This document shows positions 46,034 through 55,074 of a stretch of DNA of 64,000 nt, piece by piece. Source of the stretch: Candidatus Vogelbacteria bacterium (GTDB lineage Bacteria; Patescibacteriota; Minisyncoccia; Phycocordibacterales; XYD1-FULL-46-19); the NCBI GenBank assembly GCA_903864935.1, contig CAIPHT010000007.1, positions 16,293 to 80,292 of the forward strand, in the 5' to 3' direction. The stretch's first letter is position 1. Each line of letters starts with the position of its first letter. Position numbers and translations under genes: made by a program. The notes under the pieces were generated by a model. It searched no databases and was not told the DNA's origin. It worked only from the letters and a program-made list of their open reading frames with translations.

Positions 46034-47029
46034 TTATTTTTTGAATTTACGCCTTAGGTTATAAATCAGATACCAGAAAGGTTGCCCGACGAGATCAAAG
46101 AGGGGAGAGTAACTGAGCATCTCGCCGCCAAATCTTTTTTTATAAATCGAGAGACCACTCCACTGGTGTCCACTTTTCCCGGCCGAATTCTCGATGGCGC
46201 CAAAATTATACCAAGAAAGGCCACGTCTCTTGGCCTCGCAAATGGCTTCCCAGTGGAGGAGTTGAGTTGGCATTTTTTCTCGCCCGATATTAGAAGAGGC
46301 GCCAAAGGGGTAATAGGCGGTATCCCCAAAGAAGAGTATGAGATGCATCGCCAAGATCTGATTCTGGTACCTTGCGATAAAAAGATTAAGTTGATCTGTT
46401 TCTTTGGCCGAGTTCCAAATTATCTCATAATAGCTCTTGGGGTGAAGTCTAAACTCGTTACGGGTGGCCGTGTCACTCATTAATTGGTAAAAATCGTTGA
46501 AGTATTTGGCCATATCTTTTCCCTCGACTTTCTCGACAGTCACTTCTTTGCGCTTAGCGAGATTAATGCCATAGCGTGTTTTCTCATGCATGGTTTTGAG
46601 TAATTCATCCTCACTCTTGTTGAGATTAAGACGCCAGTCATTGGGGGATTGGACGAATGATGATTTATAAGAAACTTCAGGGGCGGTCTTAAAATATTTT
46701 TGCCAGAGCTTGGTTGAAGCATCTTCTTTGGGCCATGGCTCGAAACGCAGGAAGACGGAGTCCGTTTCGGCCAAAAGTTTTTTGTTGACGGTCTTGAATT
46801 CTTCAACCAGCTTCTCTGTTAATCGCCCGATAATGATTGGACCATGGGGAATATACCAATAGCTTTTGCCAAGGAGGAGGGGATAGCAAATACTTTGCCA
46901 AGCCAATTGGTTTTCTCCATCAGAGAGAGAAAAAATTTTAACCTTTCGGCCAGCTGCTTCTTGCCACTCGCGATAGATAGCACTTTGGGTAAAGTGGGGG
47001 GATGCTTCTTTTTCTTTATTTTCCATCAT
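46034..47029 (-). CDS. FemAB-family peptidoglycan aminoacyltransferase
   Basis: 331 aa; GNAT-like tandem FemAB fold signatures (WYIPHGPII, C-terminal YKKRFGG); overlaps the ruvA stop. Confidence 0.6.
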   Translation of the reverse strand: MMENKEKEASPHFTQSAIYREWQEAAGRKVKIFSLSDGENQLAWQSICYPLLLGKSYWYIPHGPIIIGRLTEKLVEEFKTVNKKLLAETDSVFLRFEPWPKEDASTKLWQKYFKTAPEVSYKSSFVQSPNDWRLNLNKSEDELLKTMHEKTRYGINLAKRKEVTVEKVEGKDMAKYFNDFYQLMSDTATRNEFRLHPKSYYEIIWNSAKETDQLNLFIARYQNQILAMHLILFFGDTAYYPFGASSNIGREKMPTQLLHWEAICEAKRRGLSWYNFGAIENSAGKSGHQWSGLSIYKKRFGGEMLSYSPLFDLVGQPFWYLIYNLRRKFKK

Positions 47030-47601
47030 CTTTTATTGCCAAGTTGTTTTAGAACTTCTTTAACTTGTTCGCTGGTATCGGTAATGTCGGCCGGTATTTT
47101 TCTTAAGGCTTCGCGAGCCTCTTTGTTAGAATAGCCAAGAGATTCGAGGGCAAGTATCGTCTCAGCTTCTTGGTCAAGATTTCCTCCTTCGCTCTCAATA
47201 ACGCCAATTTTGTCACGAAGCTCGAGAACTATTTTCTCAGCAATCTTGCGCCCTATCCCTGAGACCTGAGTTAAGTAAGAGGTGTTGCCTGACGAGATTG
47301 CTCTCTTTAAAGTGTCAGGAGGCGCGAGGGAGAGGATAGAGAGCGCTCCCCGTGGGCCAACACCAGAGATACTAATAAGGAGCTCAAAGAAGTCGAGCTC
47401 GTTCTTGGTAAGGAAGCCGTATAGATCAAGAACATCTTCTCTCACAACGAGATGGGTCCAGAAGTTGAGGGGGGTTTGGCCAATTTGGACCTTGCTCAGG
47501 GTGTCTGCTGAGACAAAAAGCTTGTACCCGACGCCGTTGACCTCGAGGATGAGGGACCGGCTGTCGCTATAAGCTATTTTGCCAGTAAGTTGACCAATCA
47601 T
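47026..47601 (-). CDS. ruvA: Holliday junction DNA helicase RuvA
   Basis: MIGQLTGKIAY...VNGVGYKLFVS OB-fold, HhH motifs (ISGVGPRGAL, VSGIGRKIAEKI); start set at MIGQL. Confidence 0.9.
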   Translation of the reverse strand: MIGQLTGKIAYSDSRSLILEVNGVGYKLFVSADTLSKVQIGQTPLNFWTHLVVREDVLDLYGFLTKNELDFFELLISISGVGPRGALSILSLAPPDTLKRAISSGNTSYLTQVSGIGRKIAEKIVLELRDKIGVIESEGGNLDQEAETILALESLGYSNKEAREALRKIPADITDTSEQVKEVLKQLGNKR

Positions 47602-47668
47602 AGCTTCATAATACACCAGCGAGGCATACCCTTGCAATTAAGCGCAAAATCTTGTATTCTTTCCCTGT

Positions 47669-47932
47669 ATGCCAATAATCAAATCAGCAAAAAAGGCTTT
47701 ACGCGGCAGTCAGCGTAAGAAAGTTTATAACGATCGTCGCAACAAAGCTATGAAGGCGGCGGTTAAAGATGTGAAGAAATTAGTTGTAGCTAAGGAGCCT
47801 AAGCAGGCCCTCGCCGAACTAAAGACCGCCTACAAGGCGATCGACAAGGCCGCCAAGCGTGGAATTATCAAAAAAAATACCGCTGCTCGCAAAAAGTCCC
47901 GTCTCGCCAAACTTATCAAAAAATCAGTCTAG
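47669..47932 (+). CDS. rpsT: 30S ribosomal protein S20
   Basis: MPIIKSAKKALRGSQRKKVYNDRRNKAMKAAVK; 87 aa. Confidence 0.9.
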   Translation: MPIIKSAKKALRGSQRKKVYNDRRNKAMKAAVKDVKKLVVAKEPKQALAELKTAYKAIDKAAKRGIIKKNTAARKKSRLAKLIKKSV

Positions 47933-47944
47933 TCTCTAATAATC

Positions 47945-47973
47945 AAAAAACCGCCCCAAGGGGCGGTTTTTTG
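47945..47973 (+). terminator. rho-independent terminator after rpsT
   Basis: AAAAAACCGCCCC-AA-GGGGCGGTTTTTT. Confidence 0.7.
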
Positions 47974-47992
47974 ATTAGCGGAATTTTGTTTT

Positions 47993-48067
47993 TGGTGCTC
48001 CCGGCAGGAATCGAACCTACATCACATCCTCCGCAAGGATGCATTCTATCCGTTGAACTACGGGAGC
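47993..48067 (-). tRNA. tRNA-Arg (anticodon GCG), CCA encoded
   Basis: Minus-strand sequence GCTCCCGTAGTTCAACGGATAGAATGCATCCTTGCGGAGGATGTGATGTAGGTTCGATTCCTGCCGGGAGCACCA; anticodon loop TTGCGGA. Confidence 0.85.
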
Positions 48068-48094
48068 ATTGATTGATACGTTAACACAAAACTA

Positions 48095-48565
48095 TTAAAA
48101 ACCCAAGGACTCGAAGATCACTTCGGTAAAAGTCTCCACATGCTTTTCTTCTTCACCATAATTAAGCATTAACTGGCGAACTTCCTCAGGATTTTGCCCG
48201 ATAATTGGGATATGAATATTGGGGACGAAGAGGCGACGGTAGTGGAGGATAAGGCGAGCTGGTTTGTCGCCCGACGCTTCTTCAACCCAGAAAGAAGCAA
48301 TCTTCTCATAAGTAAAAAGTTCTTTGTTTAGTTGGACTCCTTGCTTGGTTATCTTCACCCATAATTTGGGATCAACCGGGCGTTTCTCATGATGGTAGAG
48401 AGAGAAAGCGCCTAGACCGATAATTAAAGCGAGAAGGATATTCCCAAAGAAAAGAGAAATAATCGCTGAGAAAACAGCAATCGCGCCAAGTGCCCAAAAC
48501 CAATCCTCACTTCGCTCAATTGGTTCACTGCTATATGATTCCCACTCCAAAATTGGATCGTTCAT
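48095..48565 (-). CDS. hypothetical membrane protein (2 TM)
   Basis: WFWALGAIAVFSAIISLFFGNILLALIIGLGAFSLY then a ~100-aa soluble domain. Confidence 0.5.
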   Translation of the reverse strand: MNDPILEWESYSSEPIERSEDWFWALGAIAVFSAIISLFFGNILLALIIGLGAFSLYHHEKRPVDPKLWVKITKQGVQLNKELFTYEKIASFWVEEASGDKPARLILHYRRLFVPNIHIPIIGQNPEEVRQLMLNYGEEEKHVETFTEVIFESLGF

Positions 48566-48657
48566 TTGCTCTAATTATAACAGTTTTTCCTTTTTTAAAG
48601 TAGAGTGGAAAAGTTTTATTTTCCTTTAAATTCTGCTAGTATTCTTAGTGTTTACTG

Positions 48658-48746
48658 GGAGGGGTGCTTGAGAGGCTGAAAAGGTCGGTCTTGAAAACCG
48701 AAATACCCGAAAGGGTATCGTGGGTTCGAATCCCACCCCCTCCGCC
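48658..48746 (+). tRNA. tRNA-Ser (anticodon TGA), type II with long variable arm
   Basis: GGAGGGG...TCGGTCTTGAAAACCGA...ACCCGAAAGGGT...GTGGGTTCGAATCCCAC CCCCTCC G; near-identical in layout to bacterial tRNA-Ser(UGA). Confidence 0.8.
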
Positions 48747-48793
48747 TTCGGTTCGCCGAAGCGAACCTACGGCGTGACGAAGTCCGCCAGAAG

Positions 48794-49189
48794 ATGAGCG
48801 ACAGCGGGAATAAAATAATTATGTCCAACGAATCACCTAAAGATCAAATTGCTAATTCTGTCGACAGCGAAGCTGAGGCCTCTTGGAATGGGCAAAAAAT
48901 GCGCATACTCTCGCTTAGGAAGGAGGTCATTGATGAAGTAAAAAGAAAAATTGTTTTCGAACCATCCCAACATCTAAGCGATTTGGTTAGTGAAGTTAGG
49001 GATCGTCTTCTTAAGAAAACTGGTTTAGATGAAGACGAGTTAAGAAAGTTTGCGGCCTTTAATTTTATTTCTGGTAGCACGATTGATTATGTTAGCGTCC
49101 CCAATTTTGATTTGCCTGGGAATTTAATTACGGGGACCTTCATATCTGTTTTTGGTCGTGAGTTACGTAATCTGGAGGCCTTAACTTAA
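48794..49189 (+). CDS. hypothetical protein
   Basis: 131-aa ORF; stop 2 nt before yqgF. Alternative start at 48821. Confidence 0.45.
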   Translation: MSDSGNKIIMSNESPKDQIANSVDSEAEASWNGQKMRILSLRKEVIDEVKRKIVFEPSQHLSDLVSEVRDRLLKKTGLDEDELRKFAAFNFISGSTIDYVSVPNFDLPGNLITGTFISVFGRELRNLEALT

Positions 49190-49191
49190 TT

Positions 49192-49590
49192 ATGCGTTAT
49201 CTAGGAATTGACTATGGTAATAGAAAAGTGGGCCTCGCCATCTCCGATGAAGCGGGGAGCTTTGCTTTTCCTTATCAAGTAATTGAGAACAGGGGATTGG
49301 ATAACTTAATCGCTCAGATTGAGAAAATTTGTGACAACGAAGGCGTCGGGAGCATAGTCTTGGGTGAATCAATAGACCTGTCAGGCCTTGCCAATGACAT
49401 CCAAAAGGACATCTCAAACTTTAAAGAAAAATTAGAAAAAGAAACGGGGCGCGAGGTCATCTTAGAAAAAGAATTCTTCACCACTCAAGAAGCCAGACGA
49501 ATTATTGACGAGGATCAAGTTGATAGACAAACCGATGCTCGGGCCGCCGCGCTCATTCTTAAGTCATATCTGGATAAAAATTCTAGATAG
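49192..49590 (+). CDS. yqgF: YqgF/RuvX-family putative pre-16S rRNA nuclease / Holliday junction resolvase-like
   Basis: MRYLGIDYGNRKVGLAISDE, RNase H-like fold; 132 aa. Confidence 0.9.
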   Translation: MRYLGIDYGNRKVGLAISDEAGSFAFPYQVIENRGLDNLIAQIEKICDNEGVGSIVLGESIDLSGLANDIQKDISNFKEKLEKETGREVILEKEFFTTQEARRIIDEDQVDRQTDARAAALILKSYLDKNSR

Positions 49591-49619
49591 TTTTCTTACT
49601 TTAGATTATAATTAGAGAG

Positions 49620-50693
49620 ATGGATAAGGATTTGCTTCTTAAATTTTTTCCGGTGCCAGACTTTTTACTTCGGCCGGCGGTTGGTTTCGATATCTCTGAT
49701 CAATCCATAAAATTTATGGAGTTAATTAGAGTTGGTGATAAGTTTAAAATTGGCCGTTTTGGTGAAGTGGAGATACCGCTCGGTCTTATCGAAGGCGGGG
49801 TGCTTAAGGATGCTGAAGCTTTTCTCAAAATTCTTATTGACCTTAAACATAAGTGGCATTTTTCTAACGTTTTTATTTCTCTGCCGGATGATCATACTTA
49901 TACTATTAATCTCAAGTTGCCGTTATTAAAGCCCGAGGAAGTTTATGGGAGCATTGAATTGCAAATTGAAGAATATGTCTCTTTGCCGGCCCCTGAAGTT
50001 GTCTTCGACTTTGAACTTATCCACCAAGATAAAGAGGGTGACAAATTAGATGTTGGAGTCACCGCTTCTCCGCGCAAGATGATTGAGAGTTATCAAGATG
50101 TTTTTTCTCGGGCGGGACTTAATCTCTTGGCTGTTGAGACGCAAGGAGTGGCCTTAGCCAGAACTTTTGCTGGGGCAGGTAAAAGTAATAATGTTGCCAT
50201 TGTTGATCTTGGGAAGAATCATACGGCAATCTTTTGGGTCAAACGGGGGGTGGTGATACACGCTTCGGCGGCCATTGTGGGTGGAGCGACAATTACTCGT
50301 AATTTGCAAAAAGCTCTTGGCCTAGAATTTGCCGAAGCCGAGAAAATTAAGATGACTCAAGGCCTTCTTCGTTCGGGGGAGAATCAACCCGCTTTTGAAG
50401 CGATGGTTCCCGTCGTCTCGGCTATTCGTGACGAGATTGAACGTTTGACTTCCTTCTGGTTGGGTCAAATTGAAGAAGCGGAGCCTAAACTAGACCAAAT
50501 TATTTTGACTGGCGGACAGTCTTCCTTGCCGGGGTTTGCCGAATATCTGGGCAATCACTTGTCTTGCCCCGTAACAATTGGCAATCCTTGGGAAAAAGTT
50601 TTTCCCGCCAATACGACAGTCAAAGAATTGGTTTATAATGAAGCTCTCCGTTATGGGACAGCAATTGGCTTAGCTCTGCGAAACTTTAGATAA
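49620..50693 (+). CDS. pilM: type IV pilus assembly protein PilM
   Basis: Actin-like ATPase fold (GFDISDQSIKFMEL, VVDLGKNHTAIF, ILTGGQSSLPG); followed by pilN- and pilO-like genes. Confidence 0.8.
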   Translation: MDKDLLLKFFPVPDFLLRPAVGFDISDQSIKFMELIRVGDKFKIGRFGEVEIPLGLIEGGVLKDAEAFLKILIDLKHKWHFSNVFISLPDDHTYTINLKLPLLKPEEVYGSIELQIEEYVSLPAPEVVFDFELIHQDKEGDKLDVGVTASPRKMIESYQDVFSRAGLNLLAVETQGVALARTFAGAGKSNNVAIVDLGKNHTAIFWVKRGVVIHASAAIVGGATITRNLQKALGLEFAEAEKIKMTQGLLRSGENQPAFEAMVPVVSAIRDEIERLTSFWLGQIEEAEPKLDQIILTGGQSSLPGFAEYLGNHLSCPVTIGNPWEKVFPANTTVKELVYNEALRYGTAIGLALRNFR

Positions 50694-50702
50694 GAATTAA
50701 AA

Positions 50703-51245
50703 ATGGCAAATCTTTTAACCAACGAAGCAAAAAAGAAGTTAGTTCGCGAAAGAAAAATTCGAGAGCTGGTTTTGTCACTCGGACTCTTGGCTGTACTCCT
50801 GCTAATTGCCGTGGTTCTTAATGTTTCTCTTTGGTTGAGCTTTAGAATTCAGAAGGACATCCCAATAGCAAAAGGACTCGCGACTTCGAGTCCCTCGAGT
50901 GCTCCCGTCAATTCAATTAAGGAGACAGTACAAATCAAAGAGAAGTTATCTCTATTATCTAAATGGTGGCCAAACAATACTTGGTCTTCAGTTGTTGCAA
51001 AAGTTGAGAAGATAAGACCAGCAACTGTTAAAATCAGTCAGATTACCGGTTTATTAAGCGAGAAGGATAATACCATAAGTCTTGCTATCTCCGGTCAGGC
51101 TCTTGGTCGTCAGGAATTGGTGAAGTTTGTTGATGATTTAAAAAAAGAAAAAGCCTTTAGTAAGGTCGATCTGCCGATTGATTATTTGCTTAGTACGGCC
51201 AAAGGGCAATTTACTATAAATTTAGAAATAAAAAACAATGATTAA
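50703..51245 (+). CDS. pilN: PilN-like pilus assembly protein
   Basis: Bitopic; TM LVLSLGLLAVLLLIAVVLNVSLWL; position after pilM. Confidence 0.5.
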   Translation: MANLLTNEAKKKLVRERKIRELVLSLGLLAVLLLIAVVLNVSLWLSFRIQKDIPIAKGLATSSPSSAPVNSIKETVQIKEKLSLLSKWWPNNTWSSVVAKVEKIRPATVKISQITGLLSEKDNTISLAISGQALGRQELVKFVDDLKKEKAFSKVDLPIDYLLSTAKGQFTINLEIKNND

Positions 51246-51729
51246 GTCACCTTCAAGCAAATGGGTAATTGCTCTTGGATTAATTGTTTTGTTGGCAATT
51301 GGTGTGTGGGGTGTCTTGTTTTTATTTATTCAGCAGGATAAAAAGATTGTGATCGAAATAAACCAAAAGAGCGAACAGTCTGGCGGAGGGGAGGGTGTTG
51401 TCGGTCTTCGTCTAAATCAGGAAAAAATAACTAAAATAAAAAATTACTTTATCTCGGGCGAGTCCACTGTTAAATTGTTGGAAGAGCTTGAGCAACTTGG
51501 ACGCAAAACGAATGTTAATCTCACGATTGGTCAGGCGGGAGAGGCGGAGACAGAACTAAAATTAAATCTCTCAACCGAGGGAACATTTTCTGGGACGATG
51601 AAATTCCTTCAGGGTTTGGAGAACTTGCCTTATGCGACAAGGATTGACCGTTTAGAGTTAAAGAAGAGTGAGAAAATGTGGCAAAGCGTTTTTATCCTTA
51701 GAGTTTTAAAAGATAATACCAGTATTTAA
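51238..51729 (+). CDS. pilO: PilO-like pilus assembly protein
   Basis: Bitopic, 163 aa; overlaps the pilN stop by 8 nt. Confidence 0.45.
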   Translation: MIKSPSSKWVIALGLIVLLAIGVWGVLFLFIQQDKKIVIEINQKSEQSGGGEGVVGLRLNQEKITKIKNYFISGESTVKLLEELEQLGRKTNVNLTIGQAGEAETELKLNLSTEGTFSGTMKFLQGLENLPYATRIDRLELKKSEKMWQSVFILRVLKDNTSI

Positions 51730-51731
51730 AA

Positions 51732-52022
51732 ATGTTTGATAAATTTAAAAAAATTAATTTGTCTGACCCAACCGTCTTCTGGCGTTTGGCGATGATGGCC
51801 TCTGGCTTTGGCTTAATTTTAATCTTTGTTGGGCAAACCGTCTTCATGTTCATTGTGAGCGAGACAGGTCCCAGCCAAACAGTGACCCTGTCTTCAGTTG
51901 ATACTGGTGCTGGTCTTGATGCCAAGAGGATAGAGACTTTGCTAAAAGAATTAGAAGCTCGTCCCCTAAGAGCAGAGAGTGCCCTCGCCACCACCACCCT
52001 CTTTGTTGACCCGAGCCTATAA
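51732..52022 (+). CDS. small membrane protein (possible pilus-operon accessory)
   Basis: 96 aa, one TM (LAMMASGFGLILIFVGQTVFMFIV); 2 nt after the pilO stop. Confidence 0.4.
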   Translation: MFDKFKKINLSDPTVFWRLAMMASGFGLILIFVGQTVFMFIVSETGPSQTVTLSSVDTGAGLDAKRIETLLKELEARPLRAESALATTTLFVDPSL

Positions 52023-52053
52023 TTATTGCTATATTTTAAGAGCCTTAAGTTTT

Positions 52054-52125
52054 GCCCCTGTAGTTAAATGGATATAACAGCGGACTTCTAAGCCGTTATT
52101 CGAGGTTCGATTCCTCGCGGGGGCA
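52054..52125 (+). tRNA. tRNA-Arg (anticodon TCT), slightly non-canonical anticodon stem
   Basis: Acceptor GCCCCTG/CGGGGGC (one G-T), D-arm GTTAAATGGATATAAC, anticodon loop CTTCTAA with a 4-bp stem plus A-G closing, T-arm CGAGGTTCGATTCCTCG. Confidence 0.65.
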
Positions 52126-52144
52126 CAGTTGCTTTAAAATTAAT

Positions 52145-52217
52145 GGGTGGTTAGCTCAGTTGGTAGAGCGTCCGGTTTACATCCGGCAGGTCACAGGTTC
52201 GAGTCCTGTACCACCCA
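52145..52217 (+). tRNA. tRNA-Val (anticodon TAC)
   Basis: GGGTGGTTAGCTCAGTTGGTAGAGCG TCCGG TTTACAT CCGGC AGGTC ACAGGTTCGAGTCCTGT ACCACCC A. Confidence 0.8.
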
Positions 52218-52222
52218 CATAA

Positions 52223-52963
52223 ATGTTAGACACCCAAATCATCTATGAAGATAAGGACCTCTTGGTTATTAATAAACCGAGTGGTTTGTCGGTGCATGGG
52301 GACGGATTTAATCTGGAGACAAAGACGCTGGTTGATTGGTTGATGGGTAAGTATCCAGAGATTGAAAGTGTAGGAGAGAGTATGTTTACTCAGAAGGGGG
52401 AGGAGATTAAGAAGCCTGGGATTATCCATCGGTTAGATAAGGAGACTAGTGGGGTTATGATTATTGCTAAGACTCAAGAGGCTTTCTTGTGTTTCAAAAA
52501 ACAATTTCAAGATCATGAGGTGAAGAAGATTTATCGAGCTATTCTCTCTGGCCATGTTAACTTGCCGGTGGGGGAGGAGAAGATTCTCGATTGGCCCATT
52601 GGTCGTAGCAAGAATGACCCAAGAATTAGGGTGGCCCGTCTCCATGGGAAGGGCAAATTGCGCGAAGCGGTTACTATCTTCCGTCTCCTTGAAAATATTT
52701 GTTCTAGTTACGCTTATATTGAGGCCGAACCTAAGAGTGGTCGCACTCATCAACTTCGAGCCCACTTTAAGGCCTACAACCATCCGATTATTGGTGATCA
52801 TTTATACAATCAAGAGGATGATGGTGGGGGAGCCATTGGTCGCACCGCACTCCATGCTTACTCCTTGTCTCTTAAGGGACTCTCGGGCGAGAGCGTGACC
52901 TTCGTGGCCCCTTTGCCGACTGATTTTGTGTCAGCGCTTGAAAAACTTAAGTCTTCATGTTAA
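52223..52963 (+). CDS. RluA-family pseudouridine synthase
   Basis: [16 protein letters not shown] catalytic Asp motif, [13 protein letters not shown]-terminal RTHQLRAH. Confidence 0.9.
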   Translation: MLDTQIIYEDKDLLVINKPSGLSVHGDGFNLETKTLVDWLMGKYPEIESVGESMFTQKGEEIKKPGIIHRLDKETSGVMIIAKTQEAFLCFKKQFQDHEVKKIYRAILSGHVNLPVGEEKILDWPIGRSKNDPRIRVARLHGKGKLREAVTIFRLLENICSSYAYIEAEPKSGRTHQLRAHFKAYNHPIIGDHLYNQEDDGGGAIGRTALHAYSLSLKGLSGESVTFVAPLPTDFVSALEKLKSSC

Positions 52964-52976
52964 ACTGCTTCGCGTT

Positions 52977-53456
52977 ATGGCAAAGGCAACAGAATTCCTA
53001 ATTTCCCCAGTAGATATGGTTAAGCGCCAGAAGTTGGCCTTGAAGCCCGGCTTTACTGTTAAGGTTTGGCAGAAGGTTCCTGATAAGGGTGGCAAGTTCC
53101 GCTTGCAGGCTTATGAGGGTCTTATTATCGCGACCAAACATGGTAATGAGGCTGGTGCCACTTTCACTGTTCGTCGTGTCGCCTCCGGTGTTGGGATGGA
53201 AAAGATTTTCCCTCTCTATTCTCCAATGATTGATAAGATTGAAATTCTACGAGAAGTTAAGGTTCGTCGTTCTAAATTGTATTATATCCGTGAGAAGGCC
53301 GCTCGTGAGATTCGTCGCCGTATGCGTAAGATTGTTACTGGCAAGCGCGAGCCCGATGAATTGGTTGAGCAGGTAACTGCCGGTGTTGTGCTTGAACCGG
53401 TTGCTGAAGAGGAGATGATTGAAGCACCAGTAACTGAAGCCGAAACCAAAGAATAA
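52977..53456 (+). CDS. rplS: 50S ribosomal protein L19 with acidic C-terminal extension
   Basis: [11 protein letters not shown]...[11 protein letters not shown]...[22 protein letters not shown]...[10 protein letters not shown]; start set at MAKATEF. Confidence 0.9.
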   Translation: MAKATEFLISPVDMVKRQKLALKPGFTVKVWQKVPDKGGKFRLQAYEGLIIATKHGNEAGATFTVRRVASGVGMEKIFPLYSPMIDKIEILREVKVRRSKLYYIREKAAREIRRRMRKIVTGKREPDELVEQVTAGVVLEPVAEEEMIEAPVTEAETKE

Positions 53457-53463
53457 TTAAACA

Positions 53464-53491
53464 AAAAACTCGCCAATTGGCGAGTTTTTTG
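53464..53491 (+). terminator. rho-independent terminator after rplS
   Basis: AAAAAACTCGCC-AATT-GGCGAGTTTTTT. Confidence 0.7.
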
Positions 53492-53515
53492 TTATAGTCA
53501 GAGTGTTCAAAATTT

Positions 53516-53599
53516 GCCCAGGTGGTGAAATTGGTATACACGCTACCTTGAGGTGGTAGAGCCAGCAATGGTGTGGAGGTTCGAGTCCTCTCCTGGGCA
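53516..53599 (+). tRNA. tRNA-Leu (anticodon GAG), type II
   Basis: GCCCAGGTGGTGAAATTGGTATACACGCTACCTTGAGGTGGTAG...GGAGGTTCGAGTCCTCTCCTGGGCA; very close to canonical bacterial tRNA-Leu(GAG). Confidence 0.8.
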
Positions 53600-53657
53600 C
53601 AAAAAGTCGGCCAACGCCGATTTTTTTTGTGCCCGCGGAAGAGTCCTCCTTTTTTGC

Positions 53658-53685
53658 TTGACAATTTAGACCAGTATGGTATACT
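53658..53685 (+). promoter_or_regulatory. sigma70-like promoter (TTGACA-N16-TGgTATACT)
   Basis: TTGACA at 53658..53663; extended -10 TGGTATACT ending at 53685. Confidence 0.5.
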
Positions 53686-53721
53686 TAGATGCAGGGTGTT
53701 CTAACCAAAGGAGGTGTTGCC

Positions 53722-53901
53722 GTGGAGACATCGTTTTACCTTTATGGGGAGTCTGGTCGTTATCTGGGGACAGTTGTTCTGTCTGTGGAAACGACAAGCG
53801 CAACCGATTTCTGGAAGGCCCTTTTGGAGAAGGATCGGGCCTTGTATGAAGAGACCGCAACCTTCGCCCCCGTTTCTGGCTTCACAGCACACGCTGTCTA
53901 G
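53722..53901 (+). CDS. small GC-rich protein, minimal member of the cassette paralog family (GTG start)
   Basis: RBS AAGGAGG 7 nt before GTG; VETSFYLYGESGRYLGTVVLSVETTSATDFW matches the family C-terminal motif. In frame with track ORF 53689..53901. Confidence 0.4.
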   Translation: METSFYLYGESGRYLGTVVLSVETTSATDFWKALLEKDRALYEETATFAPVSGFTAHAV

Positions 53902-53977
53902 CCAAGCCAGATCGAATGGCGCCATGCCCTGTGGGTGGCGCCTTTGTCTTTTCCCTTTTTTTATGTTAAAAATAGAT

Positions 53978-54505
53978 ATGCTTTATACAGGCAAAGGGGA
54001 TAATGGTAAAACAAATCTCTTTCATTGTGACCAGCGTTTGTCCAAGAGTTCGCTCGTGGCTGAAGCGCTTGGTTCACTTGACGAGATCAATTCCTTTCTT
54101 GGTTGGTGTAAGGTTAAGACTTCAGGCAAAGTTCTGTCTCAACTTTCTTCGACTCAAGACAACCTCTTTTCTGTTCAGGCCGAAGTGGCCGGAGCTGATA
54201 AATTTGTCACTGCGAGCGACGTAGAAGAATTAGAGACCTGGATCGCTGAGATTGAGAAAGATCTACCCGAAATCAAGTCCTTCATTGTCTCTGGTGGTAC
54301 AGAATTAGCAGCGATGTTTGATTTTGCTCGGACTATTGCTCGTCGTACTGAGCGTAAGGTTGTCGCTGTTTCCGAAGCAGGAGATGTTGCCCTTAATCCT
54401 GAGACTCTTGCTTATCTCAATCGTCTATCATCATTTCTCTATGCCTTGGCTCGCCAGGCGAACAACGAAGCGGGGATAGAGGAGGAGAAGCCCAAATACA
54501 ATTAA
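53978..54505 (+). CDS. PduO-type ATP:cob(I)alamin adenosyltransferase family protein
   Basis: MLYTGKGDNGKTNLFHCDQRLSKSSLVAEALGSLDEINSFLGW; start set at the internal Met of track ORF 53714..54505 (upstream part overlaps the GC-rich cassette and is likely non-coding). Confidence 0.8.
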   Translation: MLYTGKGDNGKTNLFHCDQRLSKSSLVAEALGSLDEINSFLGWCKVKTSGKVLSQLSSTQDNLFSVQAEVAGADKFVTASDVEELETWIAEIEKDLPEIKSFIVSGGTELAAMFDFARTIARRTERKVVAVSEAGDVALNPETLAYLNRLSSFLYALARQANNEAGIEEEKPKYN

Positions 54506-54561
54506 ACTTGTCCACAGGGAATAGTGTTTACCTGTGGTTATTTTTATATTAAAATTAGTTA

Positions 54562-55074
54562 ATGCTGTTAATCTCTTGCAAAAATTGTGGCAAGATTTTT
54601 AAAAAGAAGCCTTCTCAAGTTGAACGTTCAAAAGAACATTTTTGCTCTGCTTTTTGTCAACATGAAGCAAAAAAGTCAGGTGGAATGAAAGAATGCTTTA
54701 TCTGCGGTGAAAAAATTTATCGACAAAGCAAGTTTTTGAAGCAATCTCAAAGTGGTAAATTTTTTTGTAGCAAAAAGTGTAGTCTAAAATGGCAAAATAC
54801 AGAATTTATTGGAGAAAAACATCCAAATTGGATTAGTGGTGAATATTCCTATCGGGCAATTCTAAAAAAAACAGGGGTCGCTCAGAGGTGCTGTCTGTGT
54901 GACAAAGATGACAAGAGGATTCTCGCTGTTCACCATTTGGATAAAAATCGTCAGAATAATAAAAAAGCTAATCTCGTCTGGCTCTGCCATAATTGTCATC
55001 ATTTGGTGCATCATTATGATGTGGATAAAGAATTTTTGGCTAAAATAAAACAAAATGGTAATAAGACTTTGTAA
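54562..55074 (+). CDS. HNH endonuclease with two N-terminal CxxC zinc-ribbons (paralog 1)
   Basis: CKNCG...CSAFC and CFICG...CSKKC ribbons; HNH core AVHHLDKNRQNNKKANLVWLCHNCHHLVHH. Confidence 0.7.
   Translation: MLLISCKNCGKIFKKKPSQVERSKEHFCSAFCQHEAKKSGGMKECFICGEKIYRQSKFLKQSQSGKFFCSKKCSLKWQNTEFIGEKHPNWISGEYSYRAILKKTGVAQRCCLCDKDDKRILAVHHLDKNRQNNKKANLVWLCHNCHHLVHHYDVDKEFLAKIKQNGNKTL

Noticed and set aside
53714-53977. N-terminal 88-codon extension of the adenosyltransferase ORF (track 53714..54505)
   Set aside because: The extension is GC-rich, Cys/Arg/Trp-rich and overlaps the small cassette gene and its terminator region. The canonical PduO N-terminus MLYTGKGDNGKT starts at 53978.
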